Positions 50,332-63,302 are shown, counted from the first letter of the whole stretch. The stretch is DNA of 63,302 nt, filler included, from Octopus bimaculoides (GCF_001194135.2; 4 parts of 4 records of this genome joined end to end with filler, not necessarily neighbours in it), one strand, 5' to 3'. Notes: a model not told the origin generated them from the sequence alone. Made by a program: numbers and translations.

Positions 50332-50578
50332 AGAGTAAAAATAAATAAATAAATAATAAAGTAAAAAACAAAGCAATCATCAACACCTGCTTCTTGAAGA
50401 TAAGGCATTTCACTGGAAGAACTATCCTCAAAGAAGGACTCGACATATAATTAGCCTCCTCGGGACCTCTATTCAGATATAATTCCTTACAGAGACATCC
50501 ATATATGCTGGTCAACTGCCCCATTCGCGACACAAACAAGTAATTTTATATTATGTAGTATACCAAGTATATTGTGCC

Positions 50579-50668
50579 AAATGGTAGCTGATATACTCTC
50601 TCTGTTCTTCCTTTGGAAGCATCTCTCAAAATATGGGAAGACCAGAGAGAGTATATCAGCTACCATTT
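50579..50668. repeat. 33-bp near-perfect inverted repeat with 24-nt loop (hairpin)
   Basis: 50579-50611 versus the reverse complement of 50636-50668: 32 of 33 identical. Confidence 0.93.
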
Positions 50669-50839
50669 TAGATAAGGAGCGAGGGTTAAGCAACTTAACG
50701 ATAAAAAGAAGCCATTCTTATTTGAAGACACATCAACATCACTGGTCAATCATCGTTGGGACAATCGCTTGTATAAGCTGTCTACCACTGCCAGAGACAT
50801 TACTAATATTGCTGTTGTTGCTACTGCTGCCGCTGGTGG

Positions 50840-50899
<60 letters not shown>
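50840..50899. repeat. (CTA)n microsatellite
   Basis: Directly visible. Confidence 0.97.
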
Positions 50900-50901
<2 letters not shown>

Positions 50902-50929
50902 TCTTCGAAATCATTGCCGATGTGAAGAT

Positions 50930-51540
50930 GTTCGTCAATTGACCACCAGAAATGCACTTACTAGGGACCTTAGAAGTCCTTGTATTATGGAAGAATATGC
51001 TAATTTACCTGGCACTACAATATCAATATAGTGGGGCTTTTCAGGAAACGGATTAACTGGACCGTTCTTATTAGGCGGTATTGTAACAGATCCCATTTAC
51101 TTGAACTTTCTACGACAACCTGCCATGTAAGGCATTCAAGAGGACTTGAATACCATAATAATGTAAGGGTCTACCATCAGAGAATTTGTCAAAGAGATGG
51201 ATTGGACGAAGGTGTGCTGTAGAATACCCTCCTCATTCACCGGACATAACACCACGAGACTTAATTGTCTGAGGATACTTAAGAGATAAAGTTTACGGTG
51301 TAATGCCGGCAACATTCGACGAATTGAGGGCAGCCATTGAACGAGAATGTGCACAATATCGAACGAAATGTTTCCAGCGGTTTCTGCACCGGAATGGTTA
51401 TTAGTTTGAAAGGAGACATTCATAAAAATTAAATTCTGCTTGTACGTTCTATTACGTTTATAAAATGAAATATATTTTAGTAAACACTGACTTGAGGCAA
51501 GGCACATTCAGTGTGTGTACAACCTTTTTGGAACACCATT
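50930..51540 (+). pseudogene. Tc1/mariner transposase DDD-domain remnant with right TIR
   Basis: HQKCTY*..PCIMEEYANLPGTTI..WGFSGNGLTGPFLLGGIVTDPIYLNFL..WIGRRCAVEYPPHSPDITPRDLIV*GYLRDKVYGVMPATFDELRAAIEREC, matching the WPPRSPDLTPxDFFLWGYLK family; CTTTTTGGAACACC TIR-like at ~51524-51537. Confidence 0.85.
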
Positions 51541-51647
51541 TTTACATATACATACATACATGCATACATACATACATACATACATAGATACATGCATATT
51601 GGCGAGTGTGTACCCAGTATTTGTGTGAGACTATACTCATGTTTTGT

Positions 51648-52385
51648 CGTTGCAATGTAGCGAAAGTTTCCAAAATATAATATAAAAATGAAATATTTAT
51701 TTAAAACAAGATATGAGAGCAATAATCGTCACGACTACATTACTGCTTTACTTAGCCATTATGTGTGAAGTATTAAGTAAACAAATATAAGCCGACATTT
51801 TCCTAAAGTTATTACTAGCTATTCTTTATCTTCTGAGAATGTATTTTTGTGTGAAGACAATTTGCTTGTATAAAATAGCTGAGAATAGCAATCAGGAAAG
51901 ATGTGAAACTTACAAAGTTGATAGATCGTGTTACGTTAAAAATATTGTATAATCAAAGTTGACAAGTATATAGTTTGCGCAAGTTTTAAAAAGACTATAG
52001 AACCAATGAAAGTTCAAAAGTCTTTGTTCAGATAGAAAACTTCAGTGACGTAATAAAGCTGCCAATAAGGAAGTTAGATTGTTTCTTTTCTTAGCTGAAG
52101 GGTAATATAGGATCTCTCGTATTTGATTGTTGCGTACTAGCATGGTAGGTATAACAACTCGGCATAAACTTGGCTCCATAGTTTCTGTGTTGTCTCAAGT
52201 AATATATTTCTCTTCGGTTGCTAGATCAGATCTGTTGGCAGTCTTTTTTTTATCAAAGTATTCACTCTTACTGAAGTCTGTGCTTGTGTTTGGCGTCGTC
52301 GCCTTAGTTACTTTTAAAATGGTTTCCAAATCAAAGATATCTGAAAACTGTGCAGTCATAATCAGCAAATAAGTTACGTAATAAT
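51648..52385 (+). repeat. Diverged local duplication, copy 1
   Basis: Collinear shared blocks with 53768-54562 (CGTTGCA.TGTAG, TAAGTAAACAAATATAA, GAATAGCAATCA, AAACTTCAGTGACGTA, CGTCGCCTTAGTTAC, GTTACGTAATAAT). Confidence 0.85.
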
Positions 52386-53382
52386 AATCTGTTTCGACCT
52401 ACTTCTTTCTCTGATTCTTAAAAACTGCTTGTTTAGGATTTATTTTTATATTTAACCTCTTAAACTACGACATTGTCAATGGAAAATCATCTAATATAAG
52501 AATTTAGGTTCGTCATTTTATCACAACACAATCGCTTCTAATTTAGACCCGCCCAAGAATGGTTCCGAAGAAATAGATAACATTCGATGATAATATTACT
52601 CTGAAACAGAGAGTGAATTGTTTACGGCAGATGTCGTAAAGAAAAAGATCTGTTGACTGTCTTGTGCCTACTAACTTAGCGCTAACCATAGATAGATAGG
52701 CTGCTGTATCAGAGTGACTCTATAAAGTGCTGGATTAAGAGAGGGCTCTTCGAAAGCGTGTAAGATTGTATACGGGAGGATTAGTATCTAGAAGTAATAA
52801 GCGAGAACGAAAGAAAAGTGGTTGGGGGTTAGGTCGAACTAATGGAAGTATTATGTGCAGTCGAAATCTCAAGACCGAGTGAAGGTTTTTTTTCATAAAA
52901 AACTTACACACACAAACAGACACGCATACAAGGGAATAGATTTGTTTTATAAAGATATCAATGTATAACCATGGTAAGTTGACCGAAGTAACAAGTCTCT
53001 AAACATCAATATGTCGTCTTTGTGCATTGAATCCAGACAGAACAAATTTGCATGTAAAATATCTTTTCTAACAACATATTTAGAATCTCGATTCTCCTGT
53101 TGATTTGGCGATATTATCGCTTGAAATAAATTTAAGTTAATTTAAATTAGTTAGTATTCCAATTAGTTAATTATGGAAATCATGATATTTATTGCTAATG
53201 AAAAAGCTGTTGAGCACAATTAAATTGTGGACTATTTGTAAAAAATATTTTTCAGCTTTTTGTTCTAAATACACATGCACACCGAGACATACATACATTT
53301 GAAAAAAATCTTTTGAAATTGAAAATTTATAATTAAATACAAAAATTTTCTAAAAGAAGTAGATTAACACATACACATATAT

Positions 53383-53555
<173 letters not shown>

Positions 53556-53767
53556 TGTGTGTACTACTTATGTTTAAATCTTTATTGACATTTCCTTCGT
53601 ACAGTACATGATGGGACCGCAATCCTTTCAAGATGCTTGGCTGAATTCGCCTTTTCTGTATTGACTCGCCCTGTTTTCTGGCTCGTCACGAAATGTGTGT
53701 GTGTTTGCATGTGTGCAAGTATGTGTGTAATAGCTTTCAGGAGAGACGAGAATAACTTTGCTCTTAG

Positions 53768-54562
53768 CGTTGCAGTGTAGTGAATGACTTTAAAATATGA
53801 AAGTATATATTCATTTGAAATCAGATATAGGAATGCTAATCGTCGCCAAAACACTATTATTTAAAATTATCTTTATTACTAAGTAAACAAATATAATCCA
53901 ATAATTTATCAAACTTCATGCAAGCTATTTTGCAACTTCCAGAAATATAGCTTATTCATCTATTTATTTACTTATTTATTTGTATGTGAAGACATTAGTT
54001 TTCAAGTTAACTGTCATAAAATAAATGTTTTGAATTAGCTGATACAAAACAACTTAGAATAGCAATCAAGAAGGATGAGAAAATTCTTAAACTTGAGAGA
54101 CTATGTTATGTTAATAATATCGAATAATGAAAATTGTCAATAATATAATGTGTAAGAGCTAGGAAAGTCTAGACAAGTTGAGATAGGTCAAGCGTCACTT
54201 TTCAAACTATAAACTTCAGTGACGTATCAAAAGTGGCAATGATTAAGCTCGACTGTTTTTCTTTTCCTATATGAAGGATAACGTAACATTTCACATAATT
54301 GCTTTTGTTTACTGGCATGTTAGTTGCGGTTGCTCAGTCTATCTGGAGCTTCTTGGCTTTTTCTTTGTGTTGCTTCAGCTGCAGTATCTTCTTTTCGAAT
54401 GCTAGACTCGATTTGATCATAAAGAGTATTTTTTTTTTGCTGCAATCCTTGCTGTAAAGAATGCCTTTCTGTTTGTTTATACCGTCGCCTTAGTTACATT
54501 TAAGATGAAGTCATAGTAAAGACTGTCTGAAGATTTTGCTGCTGAAGATGTTACGTAATAAT
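53768..54562 (+). repeat. Diverged local duplication, copy 2
   Basis: See copy 1. Confidence 0.85.
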
Positions 54563-54672
54563 CACTCGCTTGGAAGCTTTGTTTTATTTCTGTGTGTCTT
54601 AAAATTATATCAAATATCAGTAGCAATAACAACTGTAATATTAATGTTGAGTAATATAAATACAATGATTAA

Positions 54673-54861
54673 AGCGGTGAGCGAGAAGAATCGTTAACAC
54701 TCCGGACACAATTCCTTGCGGCAATTCGTCTGTCTTTACGTTCTGAGTTCAAATTCTGCCCAGGTCGACATTGCCTTTCATCTACGATTTGGACACTGGC
54801 GTCGATGTAATCGACTTACTCCTTCCCTGCAATTGCTGGTCTTATGCTAATATTTGAAATC
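54673..54861 (+). mobile_element. SINE family B
   Basis: GCGGTGAGC..GAATCGTTAAC..TTCGTCTGTCTTTACGTTCTGAGTTCAAATTC..GGTCGACATTGCCTTTCATC. Confidence 0.82.
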
Positions 54862-55121
54862 AGTATAAACACAAGAAGTTACTCCTAATTATTAAATGAA
54901 ACACAAACGCTGCTACATTACTCTTGCATCTGATTACCCTTACAAGTCGATGATAAATTACTAAGTAACATTTAATCCCTAAGTAGGGAATTACATGTGA
55001 CGTATGGTGAGCTGTCGGCTGTTATGAAAACGGTGCTTAACTCGAAATATAGGTAGACAAAATGCAGTGTCACGGTGAAATATAACTGTGTGTGATGAAT
55101 TTTGGAATATATGCGTCTGAA

Positions 55122-55191
55122 TCTACAACCACATGGTTCCGGGTTCATTCCCACTGCCTGGCACCTTGGTCAAGTCTTTTCTACTATAGCC
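55122..55191 (+). mobile_element. SINE family A head/CORE fragment
   Basis: CAACCACATGGTTCCGGGTTCATTCCCACTGCCTGGCACCTTGGTCAAGTC. Confidence 0.8.
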
Positions 55192-55194
55192 TTA

Positions 55195-55562
55195 CCTCCA
55201 GAAAGTCTCAGAAGGGGTTTCGGAATATTTCTAAAACTTCTAATACCCCCAATTGTAGTCTCACATATTACTATGTGAGGAGTGCGATTACAAAAGACAC
55301 CAACTGCTCTGTCTGCAAGACTAAGGTCAAGCTAGTAGCCATGGTCACGAATGTTTGAAAATCTTCCTCGGGATACATTGAAGAACGCATGCACCAAGTT
55401 CCGGAGCCGACCGTAGTGAAAACTAAGGGCAACTACTCTGAGTCAATTACTATCTCTCAGCTATAATCCAGTTGATATCTTTTCATTTTCTAAACTATTT
55501 TATTATTGGATGGTGTTTTATTTCTCTTTGCAAACTGTCAAATTTTGCTCGAACACTGTGTA
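55195..55562 (+). pseudogene. Tc1/mariner (maT/DD37D-like) transposase C-terminal remnant with right TIR
   Basis: TSRKSQK..PNC..YYYVRSAITKDTNCSVCKTKVKLVA../FENLPRDTLKNACTKFRSR..KGNYSE*; ends AAACTGTCAAATTTTGCTCGAACACTGTG-TA. Confidence 0.78.
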
Positions 55563-55961
55563 TATCAGCATTTACGTCTATGAATCCTTGATAACTAACG
55601 ATGCTTCTCACGGCGGATCATCCTGACCTGGTATCTGCTGAAAATTGTTGCTTTTACGTTAAACATTACTTTTGTCTTTAACGGTATATAGATCCGTTTA
55701 AGCTGATGTCATAAGAAAGCGTGTTTATAAACTTTGTTGACATATTTTATGAATGGGTGACGTAACAATGGTCTGCGTGGACGTTCTTTTTGTCTGGGCA
55801 TCTTAAATTCCGCTTGTTTTTGATAATTTGTTAGTAGCAATATCTATGTGAATGGAGAACCAAATAAATAGAAAAAGCTGTGTTCTATTGTGAAGCGTGA
55901 CACGCTCGCTGATATCCAGCTCTCTCTCTATAAGTCTGTATCTATCTCACTATCTACTTTG

Positions 55962-56016
<55 letters not shown>

Positions 56017-57116
56017 GTCTGTCTGTATGTCTGTCTATTTATCCATCCATCCATCCATCCATGCATCGGGCTGGCCATCTGCCTATCTAGCTCTCATTCG
56101 GACATACAGTTACTTATATGTAAATATAAAGGGACCACTTCGTCCCTTTGTTCATTTCTCTTCGTTTTATATACAAAACCATTGTGATGCTAAACAATGC
56201 TGCATATTTTCGAGCAAAACCAAGGAAGTACCAAGAAATTAATTACAATGAATTCAGTATCGGCTGGCGAGGTAAATAATAATCAGAAGAAACTAATCTT
56301 CTGTTCAGTATAAGTAAATCCGGAGACATGCTGCCTATATATTCTATATGTTGTCTCTTTTTCTAGTTCATTCCCATTAAGAGCTATGGCGTTGTCAAGA
56401 CTAGATCCAAGTACTTCTCTCTCTTATATAGCTCCTTGCTTGTAATTAAGTCATCTTCGTCATTATACTCTACCAGTAGTGTTCTAAAATGATGGTTTCC
56501 CCTAAATTTCTCAGGCGGTTAGTCACTTCATTGCTTTTTTGGTCCCGAAGTTGTTTTAGATACCATTCACTTGGGTTGACGTGAAATGCAATGACAGTGT
56601 ATTCGGTGGCAAAAAAAAAGGCTCACGATTTTTGTTCAATGGTGGTTGACGAGACACAAACTCAAGTGAAAAAAAAAGTCATTAGTGGTACCTATTTCAT
56701 ATTTTTATAATGTATATATTTAATTTCTGTTTTTTTTTTTTATTAACACCGACATAAAAACGTAGAACCGACTACTTTCTGATCTGCACTACTCTCAGCG
56801 ATTAACACACACATACACACAGACATACACATACACACCCACGCACACGCACACAGTCTCACAAACAAACAGACACACAAGCACATACATACGCACACAT
56901 ACACACACACACATATATATATATACATATAGTACAGTTCGATCTTAACCAAAAGTCCATAATTCATACATATATATATTGCCATATAAAGACATATATA
57001 CAAATATACACGTATGTACATGGATGTATATAATATAAGTATGTAAGTATGCGATTGTGTGTATACTTACGGACGCACACACACACACACACACTCACAC
57101 ACACACACACCTACAC

Positions 57117-57368
57117 GAGTGGCTGTGTGGTAAGTAGCTTGCTTACAAACCACATGGTCCCGGGTTCAGTCCCACTGCGTGGCATCTTGGGCAAGTGCCT
57201 TCAACTATAGCCTCGGGCCGACCAATGCCTTGTGAGTGGATTTGGTAGACGGAAACTGAAAGAAGCCTGTCGTATATATGTATATATATATATGTATGTG
57301 TGTATGTGTTTGTATGTCTGTGTTTGTCCCCCGAACATCGCTTGACAACCGATGCTGGTGTGTTTACG
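57117..57368 (+). mobile_element. SINE family A, young, cut by scaffold join
   Basis: GAGTGGCTGTGTGGTAAG..GGGTTCAGTCCCACTGCGTGGCATCTTGGGCAAGTG.. Confidence 0.92.
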
Positions 57369-57412
57369 NNNNNNNNNNNNNNNNNNNNNNNNNNNNNNNN
57401 NNNNNNNNNNNN

Positions 57413-57424
57413 TTAATTAATTAA
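57413..57424. other. Artificial scaffold-join linker
   Basis: TTAATTAATTAA between 44-N blocks. Confidence 0.95.
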
Positions 57425-57632
57425 NNNNNNNNNNNNNNNNNNNNNNNNNNNNNNNNNNNNNNNNNNNNGACTATCTGCTCGAAGGTTATTTATCTAATTT
57501 CAGTGGAATCTATCCACTGGTTTTCAGAAATAGAGTTATTAATATTTCTAAGTCTCTCTAAAGGAGACTACGGCAGCGGTACTGGAAATTAATAGTTATC
57601 GCCAAGCCAATATATATATATATATATATATA

Positions 57633-57783
57633 TACGACGGGCTTCTTTCAGTTTCTGTCTACCAAATGCACTTTGGTCGGCCCGAGGCTATAGTAGAAGA
57701 CACTTGCCCAAGGCGGCATGCAGTGGGACTGAACCCAGAACCATGTGGTTTGTAAGCAAGCTACTTACCACACAGCCACTCCT
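57633..57783 (-). mobile_element. SINE family A 5' half, young
   Basis: TACGACGGGCTTCTTTCAGTTTC..GTGGGACTGAACCCAG..CTTACCACACAGCCACTCC. Confidence 0.9.
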
Positions 57784-59021
57784 ACATATACGTTTTGCAG
57801 TGGATAAATAAGTAAATTCCTTCTCATCTTCAAAACTTATACTTTTTATTTTTATTTTTTATTAATCATCTTTTAGTATCTACCTTTTCAAATATTGTTC
57901 TACATTTGACTAGATAATAAATTCCGTAATGTTACTTATTTTTTCTTTAAATATTCAACATGTTATTAACGAAGAAAAAAAGAACACAATTTAATTATAA
58001 AGTTCATAAACCTCAAACTCTTAATGATTACTATTAAACATTTTTTCACTTCTTGACTATACACTTTATAAAAGGTGATAATTTTGGAAAATGTGCTCCT
58101 TTTGCTCCCCTATTAGCTACGCCACAAAGACTATGGCCACGATCCTCCTATGCCGCCGCACCTCATAGCTTTGTTAACTAAAAGTTGTTCAACACATTCC
58201 CAAACTCCTTTCTTCCCAGCTGCTTGTTCAACTGTGATATTATCACACTCTCGCAGTAACCCTACACTTAATGGTTCACAGAGCTTGTATACATGTTATA
58301 CGTGAGATTCTAACAAGCAATTAATCAGTAGTTTATCGCTATGTGATCGATATTATTTCTGAGTATCAGTATTTGTTTCTACCAGTGCAATCAACTTGGT
58401 ATGTTTACTTCTCCGTTGTAATTTTGATGGTAAAAGTCAATAGGTTACCTACATAGAAGAAAGTCAGTTTTCTGTTCTAGTATCCGACAATCAATTCTCT
58501 TTTTGCTGCTTTCCTGTCTTCAACTTATTTACAATCACAAAATTCCCACCATTGATATCTATGGTTTCGGTTTAAATCGAAAGACAATAATTCCATCGCA
58601 TTATTTCTAAACACTCTGCAGTCTGAATCAACACCTTTGGTTCTCACCAGATTTTTATTCCCAATGAATGACCCTTTACCTTCCTGTGAACGACTATCTC
58701 TGACATTCATTGATCGCACCCCGCTCCCTCATATCTCATTGAGCTACTGATTGGTTACGATGCAATTATTGGTTAATTATTTTATTCTCAGCTCCTCTTT
58801 CTGCTACCACGTTTCTACTGTCAGCTCCCCGTTCCTCTTTCACACTAATTCATTTATACTCATTTGATCTGTCTCTAAACATTGTTTCTAGTTTTTTTGT
58901 TTTCGGACTTGGTTGGTATAGTGAGGGTTATTCATTTGTTTGCTGGTGTGTGATAAGCAACAGAGCATAACTGATCAATAATTCCGTAGATCAACAATCT
59001 ATTGTTTACCTTGTTCTTTTA

Positions 59022-59362
59022 TTTCCTCTGCCTTCCTTAAGGCATAGATATTTTTAAGTCGTGTTTGTTTGTTTGTTTGTCCGTAGACAAGATATTTCAA
59101 CAACCGCTGGATGAATTCGGATGAAACTTTCAGGTATGTATGATCACGTAACTGACACGAACTTATTAGATTTTGGAATCAATCCGGTACTGGACAAGGA
59201 TTCTGGATTATTTTTCCTATTTCTTTTTTTTTCACTGAATTTTTGAGATCGGTCGGATCCATTTTTAGTATTCTCGTTTATGAGAGCTGTCGAGTTTATT
59301 TCAGATAGTCTCATTTTAAAACTCATCTCTGACTAATCGTTGAGAGGACGTCGGCGTTGTCG
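59022..59362 (+). mobile_element. Non-autonomous Helentron-type (HINE/DINE-1-like) element, 3'-interrupted
   Basis: Subterminal hairpin CTCTGCCTT-CCTT-AAGGCATAG, then (GTTT)n and a GATATTTCAACAACCGCTGGATGAATTCGGATGAAACTTT core, the typical HINE layout. Confidence 0.65.
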
Positions 59363-60720
59363 TTAGTGTGTTAGTGAGTTAGTGAGTTGGAAAAGTATAC
59401 GCTCCTTGTGAGTACCGTTTTTGCTTACCTGTTATTTATTGAATTGTTGGATTGTTGTTACCTGTTGAACTTGTTACCGTTTTTTAATTTTCTTCCCCGT
59501 TTATGGATGAAGTGTTGAATAATATGGAAAGTACACCAGTGCAAGCGGACAGTTATGCTGCGGTGAGTGGCAAATGCATGTCAGCGGAGGAATTGCAAGT
59601 TACAGAAATTAAATTACAGGAGGAACATTTTAAAAAATTCAATGATTTATTGAAAAACGAGGGAGATATCCTCTCGCCCCAAGAAGTAACAGATAAAAAG
59701 GAGAAGGTAACAATTGTATACAGAACATTAAAAATTGCAACAAAAAAGGTGGAAATAGCACGGTGGAGAAGGAGGTAGAGGAGTGCCTCAGAGAAATTAA
59801 GAACGTAACGACGTTCTACACCAGAGGAAAGAAATACGGCACAGTAGAAGTACGCTTTGTGAATGAAGATGAAGTGAGGAAATACTCCACTATGCCTTTG
59901 TGAACAGCAGAGTGGGCACTGCTACCGATTTACTGTGGCAAACGTGCGGACAGGGTAAGAATAGGTAGAGTTCCCCCAGAAATTGATGAGGCGTGGCTGG
60001 TGACAGCCATTCTCTTCAACCCAGAGGAAGATACGGAGATATTAAAAATATCAAGAACTACGGAGGTAAACTAGTGGGGATTTGGGCTAAAGGTGTTGGT
60101 CCATATAAGCTTGCCAGATCTCCACAAGATTGCGGAAGAAATGACAGTGCCAGACGAAGCAAGGTTGAGAATAGTGGTGGAAGGAAGATCGCCTGTATGT
60201 TTCCTTTGTGGAGTAACGGGACACATGAAAGCTAAGTGTCGCCAGAAACACGAAGAGGAGGAGACAGGGAAGGAATATCAGAAAGAAGCGGGTGCAACCG
60301 TGGAGGAGGAGATAATAGAGGAGCAATACACAGAGGTATAAAGAAAGACAGACAGACTCACCACCAAAAAGTCCGAGGAAGAAAAGAAAGGCAAGTGGAG
60401 AGGAGAAGCAGAGTGAAAAACAAGAAAATACGAAAGAGATGAGAATAAATAAAAAATGAAAAGCCAACAAAATTAAGTGAGGAGCGAACGCAGAGACCAT
60501 CAACCAGTAAGGAGGAAAGAATACAGAAGAGAAAGGAAAATAAAAGAAAGATGACAGCAACACAGAATGAGGGTCAGACAGAGACAGAAGTGCTAGTACA
60601 AGGGGAGGGGATTGGTGAGGAGAGAAGGAGAATGAGGCTCAAAAGGAAAAACATAAGAAAAATGGTGTAATATCCAAAATGTGTAGAGATAGAGAAGAGA
60701 ATTGCTAAAATGAAGAACGT
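59363..60720 (+). pseudogene. Tx1/L1-type LINE 5' UTR plus ORF1 (gag-like, CCHC zinc knuckle), disrupted
   Basis: ATG at 59503, frameshift at ~59760, in-frame stops at 59901, 60072 and 60339; ..RVRIGRVPPEIDEAWLV..RIVVEGRSPVCFLCGVTGHMKAKC (CX2CX4HX4C at 60198-60239), then a charged low-complexity tail; no ORF2. Confidence 0.8.
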
Positions 60721-60867
60721 TACAGGCGGTTACAATGGCGTGTTTTTGCTTGTGATTTTGAAGGTGATATATTTGGAAGCTGACAGTGTCTACCAATTCG
60801 TGCATTAGAGGCTCTCTCTATCAAAATTGGGAACACATGACCGTCCAAGATTTTCCATATGTATATG

Positions 60868-60870
<3 letters not shown>

Positions 60871-60957
<87 letters not shown>
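60871..60957. repeat. (CT)n microsatellite
   Basis: Directly visible. Confidence 0.97.
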
Positions 60958-60961
<4 letters not shown>

Positions 60962-60984
60962 TTTGCTATTCAAGGAAATAGAGA

Positions 60985-61560
60985 CACGGAGCTGTCAGAC
61001 GTACCCAGTAATTAAGGCTTTCAACAAAATTTATTCTACTGATGAAAGTTGTCAGGATTTATGCTGTTGCAAGTCTTCTCCAATTTGGTGAAGTGCCAAT
61101 AAACATATTTTATTTGTTTGTTTGGATTTTTACACAATAGGCCATTCTTGGCAAAACGTTTCCAAGTCGACTGCCCTAAGCTATACTTTTCCAAGGTTGT
61201 CTTGCGCGTATCTTTGTATCTTTTCTTTGGTCCACATTGTGATCGAGAGCCAAATGCTACTTTTGAGAAGGTCTGTTTGGAAAGAGTGAAGTCGAGTGAA
61301 AACGCTATATGTTCACTCCTTCCCAGCTAGAATTCGCTCAGAAAAGCATACAAGCTTGATATGTTAGCTCTCTCGATAACATTTGTATTTGGAGTTTTAT
61401 TGTCCTCTGATTTTAAGAACTTTTCGCAAGTGTGTCAGGTGAAAGTGGTTACATGTTTTGGCATGTATGGCAAACTGTCCAGATTCCACAACCATCATGT
61501 AGACTAGTCCCCACGGCATCCACAGAGTGGCCGTGAAAATTTTCACCTCCAATAAGAGAG
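60985..61560 (-). mobile_element. RTE-BovB-like LINE RT C-terminal remnant
   Basis: With frameshifts: LHDGCGIWTV..HAKTCNHFHLTHLRKVLKIRGQ..TPNTNVIERANISSL..SRSQCGPKKRYKDTRKTTL..STWK, matching LLYGCETWTVY..NHFHLRCLRKILKI.WQDKIP.TEVL.RA..GGQKKRYKDTLK. Confidence 0.82.
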
Positions 61561-62284
61561 AAGTCGCTATATTTTTTCCCTACCAGCTATTTTACCAAAG
61601 GACGTGGTGCTAATTAACCACACAGTTATCTAATATCTTGTTATCTAATACGATTAGTAAGATCGGCTGAAAAGGAGCTATATTACTGTATGCTTTGATT
61701 GATACACACACATCGCATGCGTACAAAAATGCGGAAATGGATAGAGAGTAATAAGACAGTGTCCAGAGGCATGGATTTCGAGAAGAAAGTCAAAGAACGT
61801 TATAGTAGATATCAAAATGAATTCTTTATTCGATTCGAGACAAAATAAAGAAAAATTTTTTATTAAATCAGGAAGAAAGATAAGATTAAGGAATCAAGTA
61901 TTCTTTGATATTATACATTTAAATGGCTTGGTTCGGGGTGGTGGGTACAGGATAGATATAACAGGTATTTCTAGGACAACAGGTGTCATCAGCACAACAG
62001 ATGTGTTGCCATGACAGCCGCTAGACATAAAAACACCGGAACAAAAGGTTAAAATACATGTATAGATTTGGCTCCATGCATAACGGAAACGATAAGAAGC
62101 AAAATGAAATACGCACGCATACAGGACACACACACACACACAAATATATATAACGTGTGGTAAATAAATAAACGAGGAGCTCAGAGAATCGTGACCAATC
62201 TGGTGGAAAGCAGCGTAAAAAAAATGACACCACCTTAGGTCGTCACGGGTCACTTGATAGTTGGAAGAGGGTAACAGAGAAAGA

Positions 62285-62287
62285 AAT

Positions 62288-62372
<85 letters not shown>

Positions 62373-62375
62373 GAG
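62285..62375. repeat. (AG)n microsatellite
   Basis: Directly visible. Confidence 0.97.
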
Positions 62376-63302
62376 TAATAGTTGAATAATATTCTTAACG
62401 TAGTCAGTCAGTGTCTTCCAAGCAGTCTCACTAATTCAGTTTAGATAAGCTGCAGTAGATCAAAAGTTAAGACAAAAAGTGTATAGACCAAGTGCATCTT
62501 CGTATCACGTCGGGGCCACCAATTTATGTGGTGGGAATATATATTCAGTTCCAGGTGTTGATATGGCTGCGTGTATGTTATTACAAGAGTTCATATAGAG
62601 ATAAAGAATAAATTCAAGAACTATATTTACTACGTAAAATGTATTTTATTTACTGGTCGGTGATGATACATAATCAAAATGTAGAATGTAGTTGAATGAA
62701 GTAATTCATGCAAAAAAGTTCAGTGATAAGAAATTTAGAAATAAGTGGTGGTTTTCAGTCATGTGGCATAGAGAAACAGACGGACATAACAATGACGTGA
62801 ATGGCTCTAAGTTTAATCGACTGAGAAGTGAGAGCAGGGTTAGCAAGCTGTTTTTATTAATGAAACTACCAAGAGAAACGCTAAGCTTCTTGAATAATTA
62901 AGAATCCGCTCTCATTACTCAGATGCTTCGAGAATCATAGTAAAGGGAGATGACTCTATAAACCTTCTTTCAAAGCACATCATTCAACTATTTAGCTACA
63001 TAGGCCACTACACATATATACATATACGAGAGAGTGAGAGGGGAGGATGGAGCTGAGTGTCGTTGTGACTGTTAAAATGCCCAGAGCTATCATTATTATT
63101 ATGATTAGTATTATTATTATATTATACAATGTAGTTAATAATCCATAAAGCACACTGAAGTACTTTTCATTTTATCAAAGAACATCAAATAGCTTGATAA
63201 ACGTCTCCGTGATATACATTAATTGTTTCGATAACTTTATCCAACATGGGTATTGTTAACCTACGATTTGTATTTATTATAGACAAAAATTTAGGTATCA
63301 AT

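Noticed and set aside
57117-57783. Inverted pair of young SINE A copies
   Set aside because: They lie on opposite sides of an artificial scaffold join, so true spacing and orientation are unknown.

Overview
AT-rich, microsatellite-dense eukaryotic DNA. The repeat content (tRNA-derived SINEs, RTE-BovB, Dong/R4, Tx1, Penelope and Tc1/mariner relics) points to a coleoid cephalopod, probably Octopus; this is an inference. The window is a draft assembly with many N gaps. Three artificial 100-bp joins (44 N + TTAATTAATTAA + 44 N, at about 25.3, 38.8 and 57.4 kb) split it into four segments whose adjacency is not guaranteed. I found no intact host gene that I can name, no rRNA, no complete tRNA and no CRISPR array. 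Almost all ORFs in the supplied track are microsatellite or N artefacts. Recognisable coding relics are three RTE LINE 3' pieces, a Dong/R4 endonuclease 3' end, a Tx1/L1-type ORF1 with a CCHC knuckle, three Tc1/mariner transposase fragments and a possible Penelope RT fragment. I do not see a large new biological system. The best leads are: (1) a minimal hammerhead-ribozyme fold at 45986-46025 and a decayed one at 22383-22428; (2) a diverged ~750-bp duplicated module at 51.6-54.6 kb whose conserved islands coincide with FOX, CRE and PAR-bZIP motifs; (3) a stand-alone 33-bp hairpin at 50579-50668; (4) a CpG-poor to CpG-rich switch near 23 kb suggesting an unannotated methylated gene body; (5) a unique 110-aa ORF at 28717-29049. 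Family names A, B and C for the SINEs are my working labels.
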